Below are positions 1-36,500 of a DNA stretch of 64,000 bases, piece by piece (positions within the stretch are counted from its first letter, which is position 1; each line of letters begins with the position of its first letter). The notes under the pieces are model-generated. The model had not been told where the DNA came from and did not search any database. It saw only the letters and a program-made list of their open reading frames with translations. Origin of the DNA: Trichoplax adhaerens (lineage: Eukaryota; Animalia; Placozoa); the NCBI RefSeq assembly GCF_000150275.1, contig NW_002060947.1, forward strand, positions 6,277,648 to 6,341,647, in the 5' to 3' direction. The position numbers and the translations under genes were made by a program.

Positions 1-671
1 TAAGATCAGTATTTTGTGGGAAAAGTACATGTATCTATATTGGTATATTATATATAATTAACTAATGTATACTTATATATATATTGATATGCTTTATGTC
101 AGAATACGATCCTATTGGATTAATGTGCTTCAAGTTGTGTCGTCCTTAATAGATAGCATGCTTTTGAGGTGTATCGCTTTTGTCCTAGTGTCAATTTTGA
201 ACAGGAAATGGATTCAAAATGCTAATAGAAATATGTCTATAATAGAGTGGATCAATGCTACTAGGAAACTGCGGTCACTGCTATGAAAGAAGAGTGGTCT
301 TGTTTGGCTTCCTTTGCGGCTACTTATCAATACGATCTACCAGATTGGAAATGTTTAAGGGATACTTCTTTTAGCTCAGGTTATTTACTCATGCCAATTC
401 GCTCATTATTGATCATGATATCTATCCCTTGACTCGTCTCTTACGTTGTTTTTTGCAGATATGGTTCTATTTCGTGCTGTAGGAACTGAGCAAATGGGTT
501 ATCCTTCCTGGCGTACACGTACCCGCATCCAGTATCTGAAAATGAGGAAAATCTGTCCGTCTGTTATGTAGGATAGAAATGCTATAGCATAGCAAACGTC
601 TTTTCAGTGCGCCAAGTAGAATGCATTCTATTGCCAATTTTTTCTTCATGGAAAGCGGGCTAAGCTATTGG

Positions 672-1150
672 TATATATAGAATTAATATCAGGGATCAGA
701 GATATTTGAAGAGCAAATTCCTCTTGCTATCTATCTGGCGTTTTGTTCAGCGCGCTATTCGCCATGGTAGCTCTCTTGGTACAGTACTGTACTGTAGTCC
801 GTCGTATATACAGTACAGTATATATGACAATAACAAATCATACAGTATATACAGTACTGTAAGTCGGATATGTAGAATTAATATCAGGGATCAGAGATAT
901 CCGTCTGGCGTTTTGTTCAGCGCGACTTTCGCCATGGTAGCTCTCTTAGTACAGTACTGTAGTCCGTCGTATGCATAGATGACAATAACAAATCATATAT
1001 AAGTCGTATATATAGAATTAATATCAGAGATCAGAGATATTTGAAGAGCCAATTCCTCTTGCTATCCGGATGCCTGGCGTTTTGTTCAGCGCAACTTTGG
1101 CCATAGTAACTTTCTTGGTGCACTACTGTAGTCCGTGTGGTACAGTACTA
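672..1150. repeat. Degenerate tandem repeat, 3 copies of ~140-195 bp
   Basis: AGAATTAATATCAG(G/A)GATCAGAGATAT...CTGGCGTTTTGTTCAGCGC...GCCAT(G/A)GTA recurs at ~672, ~868 and ~1007. Confidence 0.9.
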
Positions 1151-1176
1151 AGATCAGAAAGAGACTGTAGCTTAGA

Positions 1177-1215
1177 ATACAGTACTGTACTGTACTGTAC
1201 TGTACAGTACGCTGT
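1177..1215. repeat. (TACTG)n microsatellite
   Basis: tacagtactgtactgtactgtactgtacagtac read directly. Confidence 0.85.
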
Positions 1216-1520
1216 ACCCGATTAGAAGTACTGTACAGTCTGTACTATATCCATTGTGGCGTTGTGCATGTACCACGTCGTACGTACGTCGCATAGTATG
1301 TAGTGTATCATGAACGACGCACGTACGCACCATGAAATTGAGGCCGACCGGGCTTACAGCGCTGTAGGAAAATCGAAAACCAGCAAATACCCTTCTACAG
1401 TGTATTCTATGCTTTATTGCAGCTGTTTGTGCACTAAACTTCGTTGCGTATGGATGTCGTGACGGACGGATCAGAGCACCAGTGGGGAACATCTTGCAGG
1501 TAAATCGACAGTATGATTCC

Positions 1521-1771
1521 ACCAGCTGGTCCCAGCGCCAGTGACGGTCATCCGCAGTGCACTTCACTTCAACATGTACAGTCACACCTAGAGTTAGACA
1601 CACACACCAGCTGATCCCAGTGCCAGTGAAGTTCATCTGCACTTCACTTCAACATGTACAGTCACACCTAGAGTTAGACACACACACCAGCTGGTCCCAG
1701 TGCAAGTGACGGTCATCCGCAGCGCACTTCACTTCAACATGTACTGTCACATCTAGAGGCTACACACACAC
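1521..1771. repeat. Tandem repeat, 3 copies of 80-86 bp, immediately upstream of the neurobeachin promoter
   Basis: ACCAGCTG.TCCCAG...CACTTCACTTCAACATGTAC.GTCACA.CTAGAG..(T)AGACACACAC at 1521, 1606 and 1686. Confidence 0.92.
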
Positions 1772-1777
1772 AGCGAC

Positions 1778-1830
1778 GATTGGGCCAATCACAAGACTGA
1801 AGGTGACGTGTGTACTAGTGTCAGCGGAAA
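1778..1830. promoter_or_regulatory. Candidate neurobeachin proximal promoter (inverted CCAAT pair, TGACGTG CRE/ATF-like site, GCGGAA)
   Basis: GATTGGGCCAATC at 1778-1790 (ATTGG and CCAAT in a near-palindrome), TGACGTG at 1804-1810 and GCGGAAAG at ~1824, all 60-110 bp before the ATG in a locally GC-richer stretch. Confidence 0.5.
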
Positions 1831-1890
1831 GAAAACACGATCGGCCAGTGCGGTCATCCCCTTCCAGTTGCTTTTGTTGGCAAATGCAAA

Positions 1891-26201
<24,311 letters not shown>

Positions 26202-26265
26202 ACGGTTTATACGAACAAAAAATGGTTGGAGGCAATTTATTTTAGATATTATTAATATTTTTAAT

Positions 26266-26271
26266 AATAAA
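26266..26271 (+). terminator. Candidate polyadenylation signal for neurobeachin
   Basis: AATAAA 65 nt after the stop codon. Confidence 0.45.
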
Positions 26272-27500
26272 ATTATTTACAGTTAAATGTATTTATATTC
26301 TGGACAATTATGGTATGGTATATGTTTGTTAACCATTTTTATAGTAAGACGGAATGATATAGGAATTCGTGATAACGCTCCAACGTTTGCATTACAATTT
26401 ATTCAGAGTACTTGAATAATTTTGTTATGTCATATTATGAATGCTAGTTTAATATTTTATATTGTACATACTCTGCTATATATTAAAACTACTGTGTAAA
26501 GGCAAGATATAGATGACAGATAATTAGTAATTGGCATATATTTCAGGCCTTTAAGGGTATTAATACAACTATGTAATGAATGAATTATTTTATACAAATC
26601 CAATGAAGAAAAATGGATTTGCAACTGCTTAGTATTAGAATTTTATAAATTTAGATTTATAATACAGCATCTAGGTTTATTTTACGGTTGCAGCTGTTTA
26701 ATTTGTGTAGTAATATTATTCTATAGAGTCTCACTATAAAATGAACTGATTTAACCTGCTTATGGAACAACAGGTTTGAATACTCAAAGTTGACTTATAG
26801 CACTGCTGAGCGATTGTAAGAAGTTTTAAATTATCTTTTTTCGTATACTTAGGCATACGAGATTTTCAAGAATAAATTCTTTATCTTAAAAAAGACTTTG
26901 ATGTAGCTAATGTGTTATACTGTTTTGATAAACCCCCTCTTCTATGACTGATTACTTTACAATATCTACTCTGTATCAGCTGTAGACACGCTTAAAATAA
27001 AATATAACTAAACATTAAGGTGCTCCATGTAGTATAAAAATTGAATTTTATTCATAATTGCAAACAAATGATTAAATTGCACTGCAGATTAGATTATAAA
27101 GATGAAAGAAATAAAAACAGGAATAAATTATAGCCTTCAAAGTCCTATGTATTCAAGCGATGATACTATATGTTATTCCGAAACTAAATTTACTAAAATA
27201 CTCACGCTATATGAGTTGATAAGCACAAAAAATTTTAAAAGTATAAATTTAAAAAAGTAATGACAGGAAATAAATCGTTAGGTCCAAAAAACGTTTAATT
27301 GGCATTACTTAATACATATCAAAATATTATATGCGTGTTTCATTCAATTAATTATGGAGGATTGAACTGATTACCATGAAATCATAAAATTAAATTAAAC
27401 GACTAGAACTACAGAACCAATGACTAAATTTCAGACTAACTTTCCATTATTAGCAATCTATTAAATCGTGATACTGAAAGGAAAGACAAGAATTTCCTTA

Positions 27501-30500
27501 TTAAGAGATTAACAATCGCACCAATCCGGCTATGAATAACAGGATTGTCGCTGAAAGGAATTGAGCTGAGCGTCCACTTCCTGAATCGTATCTTCCGAGT
27601 AATTTAGCGACTCGGTCGGTATCATCTGTGATTAATCTTTGTAATCCCCAACCAATCATTTGGTTAATTAGGGTATCACTAGCTTTCAGTTCCTTTTCTG
27701 ATAGTGTCATTTTGTAAATGGTCCAAGCACCTGCGCTAACTTTATTGCCGTAATATTTTTCCAGCCCTTGTAGACTGCTTTCTTTCATCAATCGACTATA
27801 CATATTATAATCGATATCGAAGAAAGCTCCTTGATAGGTTTTCAAGACAGCGCCTGTCATGAGTAAATACTCGGTAAAATTAGGCCCGTTGGGCAGAACT
27901 CGTAGACATTTGGATAAATCAGGTAAGCCACCATATTCTTTTTTTGCGTCATAATCTTGATCAAATTCACCAAGGTAAAAGAATGTACCAACAACAAGAT
28001 TAGGGTTTAATTTTTTAACGGCTGCGGTTGTAAAAGCATCAAATGAGTTGACAAAAACTTTCTTTTCCATATTATACTTGGCGATCATGTCAACTACTGC
28101 TTTAGCAACAGCCTCTGCGTTTTGTTTACGATTCGCATCTCGTCTAGTTGATTTAATCTAGTGAACAGAATAGAGAAAAGGATTGATAAAGATGAAAAAT
28201 ATTAATGAAATGAAGTAGTAAAAAATTTTCTGCAATATACGCGTATAAACTTATATCAAGGTGAAAAGAGATGATAAAGTAAATGTTAGAATATTAACAA
28301 GAATTGCCTATAACGGTGTAATTGTACATAGAAATATACCGTGCAATTGCAGATATTTTAATTGCAAATGAACTGGGATTGGTATATCTATTACTTTATG
28401 ATAATATTCTGTTTTAATTAAAATGGCTAAAGTAATTATTAGAAAGAATAAAAATGCTAACTAACATTTCATATTGCTCAAAACTGTCCACTGTCGCATT
28501 TATGTGTGCTTATAAATTAGAATATAATTGTCCATTTCAAAATACTGTAATACTACATCATGAATTCTATAATCTAAATAGGTTAAAACATTAAAGGAAA
28601 TTATGGGAAGGAAACAAATACAGCTTTATTACATAGTGCAGATAGAAAGTCATCATGATCCTCTATGAAATCGTCTTGATATTTTAATGTCTAATTAGTA
28701 ACGATGGTATAACTAACTTCAGTATAAATTAGATAGTCTTTATCTTGGAACATTTCATAGATATCTTCTAGCAATGGAATTGGACGTTCTTTGTCGAATT
28801 TAAAGATCTTTCCCTCTATAAATGGATAATATATATATATATTAAGAAGATATCGATGATAGGGTTACCTCAAATGATCGATTATATAAAGCATAGGTAA
28901 AACCTGTGATTATAAAGGCTCAGTTTTGTTTAAGATAGGATTAAGACGAGAGACACTATGAAATTAAACTGGCTACGATAAAGATATAAAGTAAATATAG
29001 TATTATGTACATTATTTATCTATTTCAGGAGTTCTTACCTAGAAAATTTATTCTATTACTATATGTTAAGGAAATACCGGAACTAATTAGTTAAAATTAT
29101 TAAATATTTATCGGTGAGAAATCAAAAGATAATAAAGGATAATTTATGCAATTAATAGTGAGTGTAAGCTATGAAGAGACGCTTTAAAAAAAGTACTGGA
29201 ATAACTATAGAAAATAGAAGATTAATATCAATCGCCTCAACTATCTAATGCAAACGTTCTCTCCTCTAAATGGGTCAATTTATCGTGCATTATGACACTG
29301 ATATTCAATTGTTGCGACATTTAAAAATTATTACCTAGATAAAGTATATAAAAATTATGTTGTGATTGCCTGCGGATATGTATAGTGTTATAAAAATAGG
29401 TAATTATAATTGTAAGGTAAAACTAGATAAGAAAACATTAAATATCAATATGAAATATTATAAAAATTTAATATTAATATGGAATCGCTCTGTACTTTTA
29501 ATGTGGATATGTAAACATTGACTATCTGAAATAGCACAGCCTAGACCATAGCTGTAAATATAGTTAGCGAAGTTCACGTATCATGATGGCATGTTGTATT
29601 ATTAGTTGAGGTATACAAGCACAAGTGTAGGGAAGTAACGCCAAGTCATATTGATACAAAGCTGTAAGGATGTCTAATAATTAGTGAGTACATGATGATT
29701 CGGTCAACTGGAGTGCATACTGTACTGAACTTGGTGTAACTAAGTGTTGTAGTCCATGTTGGCGTACCTGACTGCTCATAATAAGTACACTTATTTAGAC
29801 TCGTCCTACGTACGACATAAAGTAGGGACCTAGCGTAATAGCGCAAGCTATTACAACCAGTTGTGAATAAAGGGAACCAATTTAAAAGGTACTTTTAGAG
29901 CAACTACGAGTAAAATAATAATATAGATACATAACACCAACACAGATGAAAAGAGAAACGGAGGCAGTTTATATAATTACCGGAAGTTGAAAATAGTTAT
30001 AGAAACATAAATCAATTTCGATAACTTCTATCGTCAAATTCAATAGATATTTCTGTAAGTAGAGGATTTTCACATTATTAATCTAGATGCCCATACTAAA
30101 GTTGGTGATAATTAAAATAGTCAACGAGTGAAAAAGGTAGTCTATCATACCGTCTTAAGTGGAAAATTGGGAAACCGAGTTATCAAAGAAATTCCGTGAG
30201 AAAAAAATTAAAGATACCGTAATCAATTTTAGCTTATAGAAACAATTTGGGTTCTGCTTTTTTATTTAATTAATTTACGGATCTTTCTCTACATGAATAG
30301 ATTCATCTATCACTGATTTGAAATACGGATGTTCACGCTAATAGTATTTTGAATTATCGAGGCTACAAAATATAAAAAAAAATTGGGTATGGCCGCTTTA
30401 ATAACAGCTTAAGTGAATATTTGAGTACTGAGACGAGAAGCTATAAGGATAAGTTAGTGAAAGGCTTCGTAGAAATAGAAATACAAATTTAATTAATTCT

Positions 30501-33500
30501 TTCATCATCAAGTTTTATAGATACTTTATCTAAAGCTGATTGAAGACCAATTTATATAAAGTTGATATTGGCGTTTATAAATCTAAAGATGTGTAATCAA
30601 CAAGCCGATAATTATGATCATTCAAAGTTTATCTCTATAGCATTTCTGACGAAATATTCAGTAGAGAATATAGACTGAAGTAAGTGAAAGAAATATCAAA
30701 GGGAAATATAATAACTCCAGTTGGAATACAATGATTATTCAAATTGTAGTCGTCTATTTTAATGACGATAACATTTATATTTCATCTTGTGAAGGATATC
30801 AACGCACGCCGTTTAACATTCATTGAAAATCGAAAATATTTAATTTAGATCAATACTAGATTACGTGATTGCCTTGTCCTAATAAATATCACGTAATTGA
30901 TTGATTAGCTTGACGTGGTGGCATATGCAAGAAGATATGATTGGAACGTTTAATGATTGAGTGACATTAAAGTGAAGCTGGATTATATGGCATCTTGTCA
31001 CCTCATCACTATCTCGATTGATAGATGGATGGAAACGAAATTTCGAAAGGGGTGTAAAAATCTATTTAAAGATGGGCTAGACAGATATATGTAAGATAAA
31101 AGCAATCCTGTTTTAGAGATCGAAAATAATCGTATAAACAAATATGAGTATATATGTAGAAATATGATTTATCGTTAGCTTATCATACCATCGCTCCATT
31201 ACGATGTAAATTATACAGAAATCTCTTTCATATCTGGTACTATTTTGTTATTAAATTGTATAGTTAGAAACACAATAACAGAAAATAAAAGATATGAAGG
31301 TTTGATGAATTAAATCAACATCCTAAGAGTCGATTTTGAAAATATTTGAGATATTTATTTCTACGCTATTGCTACCAAAGATATTTAATTGAAAAATTTT
31401 TGTTATAGTGGCATTTCAAAGAGTCTATTATTGATCATAAAGTAAACAACTATACATCATGAAATAATGGACTTTTTAAGATTGAATGAGAAAGTAATAA
31501 TGTTAATATATAAATAAAGAAATATAGAGAGAAATTATTATGTCTAAAGCTGTATAGGTCATGACATGACATGGCTTAATTTTCGATATTCAAGTGAAAA
31601 CCCAAAACTTTTTGCCTATCTATAGGTATTGCAACAATTAAGCATAAAAGCAAGAGCAATAAATATCGGCATATAATATAATCGTATTAAGTCGAAAAAT
31701 CAAGATAGAAACTTGGATAGCGCCTGCGGCATCATACGAGTATCGGCAAGTTTATAAATAAATTGCAGCTCCTTAACTTCGATTTTATTACGATCTCATT
31801 TACCGTGATCAACCGTTGCTATAGACGTTGCAATTAAATATGCAAAAGAAAATTAATCAATATCAGCCTGTAATATACTCGTGTAATGCCGAAAAACCAA
31901 GACAGAAAGTTGGATAGTGTTTATTTCATCATCGAGGCAAGTTTGTAGATAAATTGCAGATGTATCACTGAAATCATTACGATCTTACTTGGCATAATCC
32001 ATCGTTAAAATTAGTACCACTGTCTAGGGAAAGTAGTGAAGGGTGATAGTATAGATTCGTTTTGATATGCATATTGGAGTACTGAACTCAATAAGACTAT
32101 CAGGGATAGAAAGATTTTCACTAAAATCCATTGATGTTGACGTTTACTGCTTTTATGAGAACGGCTACTAATAATTGATAAAGCTTGTTAAAATTTACAA
32201 AAGAGACGAGGTAAAGAGGGGTGGCGTTAATTCATTCTAGCATTAAGCAAAAGCCGACCATCATTTTAATCTAACAACAATCGATCACAATACTATAAAT
32301 AGTCAATTTTCAATTAGAATTAGTCCTAATAACTAATAGAGGGTTATGAAATATTCAGTAGAGCTAATGATGACTGCTGTACTTGTAATAAGTTTCTATC
32401 GCGATATAATTATCGGGATAGTTTCTATTTCCTTGTATAAAAAAGAAAAGGACGATATTTTTCAATTTAAAACAATGACAGCGATAAGGATGAGGGAGCT
32501 GTCTAATATCAATGACAGATTTAACATATATTCAGTAAAATAAACGATTTTAACATTTGAATTTTAATTGAAATGATGTGGAGTAAATTAAAATCACGTA
32601 GATCGCCAATTGACAGAATGATGATCATAAGTAAAATTAAAATGTAGTGGTACCACGTTAACAAAGACAATTCCTTAAACAATTTATGATGTATTTCCGA
32701 GTGTGAGCGCAATCTTGGAAAAATAGCCATTCTTGCAATCATATTATGACGGGGCACAAGCTAGCAAATATACTGTCAATGATGGCTTCCTAATAAGAAT
32801 AAATTAGAGTACAGGAAAATAGAGTCATAAACTCAAGCATCAGAACTGCAAGTATGACGTTATCCCGGAAAAAGTCAAATCTCTAAGATCACTAAACTGC
32901 TATAGAATTCATAAAACAACGAGCGATGAAATTGCCAGTCAAAATAAACTTATTTCAATTACAACTACTATATAAACCCGAAAATAATTTAGTAAAATTT
33001 AGAAAAAATAATGCCAGTCCTTATAAAGCCCGTGAAATAGAAGGAATGGGAACTGTTTTTCATCTGACGTGATGGACGGAAGTTGTGCAGATCCTGTGTA
33101 TGCTTTGATGTCCGATAGACAGGATACAGCAAGAGTGATGGCAATCATGCGACATGTCTTGCTATTATAAAATGCGAATAAAACAATTCAGAAATAGTTT
33201 CATAATTGAACCAAAGTAAGGACATATCAAGCAAAGTCTTCATGTTATGATAAATGAGCCCTGAATACCCTAGTATAAGATGTCAAGAGAAAATTTAAGA
33301 AAAGAGGAGTAAACGAGTCAGCACTAAACAACAATCACATCTTTGATCCAGTTAGCGATAGAGCACCTTTACAGGAAATTAAAGTAATAGACGTTTGGTT
33401 AAGGTAGGTTGACTCTATCTTGTGGTAAAGTAATTAACGATAAATAACTTACATCATGATGGATCCTATAAAATATTATATTAAAATTTGATCATCACGA

Positions 33501-36500
33501 GTAATGAAAGGATAACAAGATTATATTTTTACGCTGATCGTATTTAGGAAATAGGATGTAGAATCAATGAGCAAGAAAGAAAATGAAAATGCATTATGAA
33601 AATATGAAAATAAACAGTAAATTCTTTCTCTAGATACAGTATCCTCTAAAGTCATATTAAAATGGAAATGAATGATGTCATATAGAGTTTTTGAAGGATC
33701 GTGGAAAACACTTCTCATGGAGGCGAATGAAGCTATTGATCATAAAACAATAATTATTTCAGGCAATAGAATGTAAAGCCAAGTTGAACTATTTCATAAA
33801 ACTGTAAGAAAGTGCAGAGCGCCTAATTATAATTATAATAGAAGTCCATGATTTTTATATTTTAAAACTAAATTCCATAGAAATAAAATAATATCCGTAA
33901 TTGTCATACGACGCACTTACATCTGGATCATTTTTTGAACATCTCATTATATTCTTAATTAATGATTTACTGAAAATTTTCAATATTTCGCATACCTCTA
34001 ATATAGAGTCTGTATAATATCGTGCCCATTTCATCAAAGTAGAAAGTACGGTGAATGTTTATATTTTAGTCTTTCATAAATGATATTTACTGTTAATAAA
34101 TATATTTTCGAGATTTAATCATTTATGATTCAAATATTAGCGGTAGGACTAATAATTAAATCCCGATAATTCGATTGTAAATTATTTCGGACCATCTTTT
34201 TATCAATATTAAATAATGAATAACTGAAAATTTTAATACTTCGCACAACGCAAATATAGCATCAATAATATATATTATCTGTATATATCGTGTCCATTTA
34301 ATCAAAATAGGAAATATGATAAGTGTTTCTATTCCTGATTTTCATACATGGTACTTACTGTAGATGAATATGTTTTGGAAATTTTAACATCTGCGATTCA
34401 AATATTAACGGTATGACTCATAATTAAACTATGAATTATTTTTTGACCATCTAAATATTAACAGTAAATAACGATTTACTGAAAATTTCAATATTTTACA
34501 CATCACTAATATAGTGTCAGTATATAGCGCGCTCCTTTAAGCAAAGTAGAAATTACAGCGATTTTTTTACTTTTTTAACTTTCATAAATAGTACTTACTG
34601 TTAATGAATTAATTTTGGAAAATTTTATCATCTACTATTCAAGTATGAGCGATGTGACCCAATTAAATCGTAAAAGTGATTGTAAAATTTTCAATAGCAA
34701 CAAACTCAATGACTAGACTCAATGCAAGAATTTAACTTAAACTATTCTAAGGGTGGATTTTCACTTACTATAGTCAATCTCCTTCTTTACCATGGCTTTG
34801 GATATTTCTTCGTATGTTGATTCGTAGATATTAAGTTTTTTACCAGTCAAATGCTATAAGATAAAATAATACAGGATAACCATTAAAATACTATACAGAA
34901 GAAACTACTAAGTGAAATAAAAATGGAAAGAGGAGTGTCATAATATGCAATAATTGAGTGGACCTAGAAATAAATGCAAATCAAGAGCGATAATTTTATC
35001 CTACTTTCACAAATAATAACGATAATTAAATTGAATTTTTATAGCATTCAATCGATATTTACTTCTAAATCTGCATCATGGAAGACAGCTAATTTATTAT
35101 CTTTTGTCAAAAAGACATCCAATTCGAAACCGTCAACATATTTCTTTTTAAGAAGACTTTCAAATCCATCCATAGTGTTCTCTTGGTAAACCATGGGATT
35201 ACCGCGATGGCCAATAATCAATGGCTTCTTCTTGCTATGAAACAAGTGATCTTCTGGAATAACACCCGTTGCACCAGATACACAATCTGGGAACGGCTTG
35301 CGAGCTCGGCGGAATTTTCTTAGTAATCTGCCAACATCATCGGCTATCAATCTATGATAGAGGGGGTCAAAATGCGATAAGTCATGATCTGTAAAAGAGC
35401 TTTGCAAAGTATTATAGACTTGGGAATATTAAACATTACACTTCACCTATACGAATAGGTATAAATTCGTAAATGTCATTCTCAAATTGGAAATTAAATC
35501 TATATGCTGCATATACTGTATACTATATATCACGATATATAGGAGAACTTTATAAAGATTTGTAGATAGTTCTACTATAGACTTGGGAATTATTAAATAT
35601 TACATTCCACCTATAGGAAAAGGTATGAATTAATAAATGTCATTCTCAAATTGAAAATTAAATCTGTATGCTGCGTATGTGAGTCATGATATATAGAAGG
35701 ACTTTGCAAATACTGTAGGTAGTTTTGCTATAGACTTTACTATAGACTTGGAAATGTTAAATACTATATTTTGCTTATACAAAAAGGTGTAAATAATAAA
35801 TATCATTCTTAAATTGGTAATTAAATCTGTAAGTTACTTATAATATAAGCTACGATATGTAGAAGAGCTTTACAAAAAAATTGAAGGTAGTTTTAGGTCC
35901 CTCTCTCCTTCTCTTTAGTAATGCCAGGTTTTACTATAGCTTAGAAAATTTTAAATACTACGTTCTGCCTATGCGAAAAGGTATAAATTGATAAACGTCA
36001 TTCTTTAATTGGAAATTAAATCAATAAGCTGATAAAGCTAAATAGAATCTAATATCTTACGTAGAATATTAATGTATCATTAATTCTGAAATACCACAGT
36101 TTAATTTTCAATCTAAATCAATTCTTGATGAAGTAATATAATTTAATTTTATAGCTGATTAAGGATAGGTTAGGCTAAATCAACGTCTTGTCCATAAAAC
36201 TATGCCACCACGTGGAATCTACCGATTTATGCATATCTCGCGGTCGAAAATAAAAATAAAAAGTAAAAGACAATTTCCAAAGCAAATTATTGCAACTATA
36301 GCAATGAATTGTAAAATACCAAAGTCATACGAATACTATAATCATTCAGATAGAGCTTATAGTATAGAAATTAGCTAAGGAACCAAATATATTAAGCGCT
36401 TAGAACTCAATTAAATATATTTAGAAAGCTATTTTGAGCGAGCGTATGTAAACTATCGAATATTATTACCTATCAACTCCCCATTTCATCATATTGTCAA

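Noticed and set aside
1172-1642. 156-aa minus-strand ORF as a single-exon gene
   Set aside because: It has a non-ATG start, begins inside a tandem repeat and ends in a microsatellite; at most its middle portion is exonic.
29803-29835. Helitron-like 3' end (hairpin + CTAG)
   Set aside because: The stem is weak, the spacing is wrong, there is no T after CTAG, and no matching 5' end was found.
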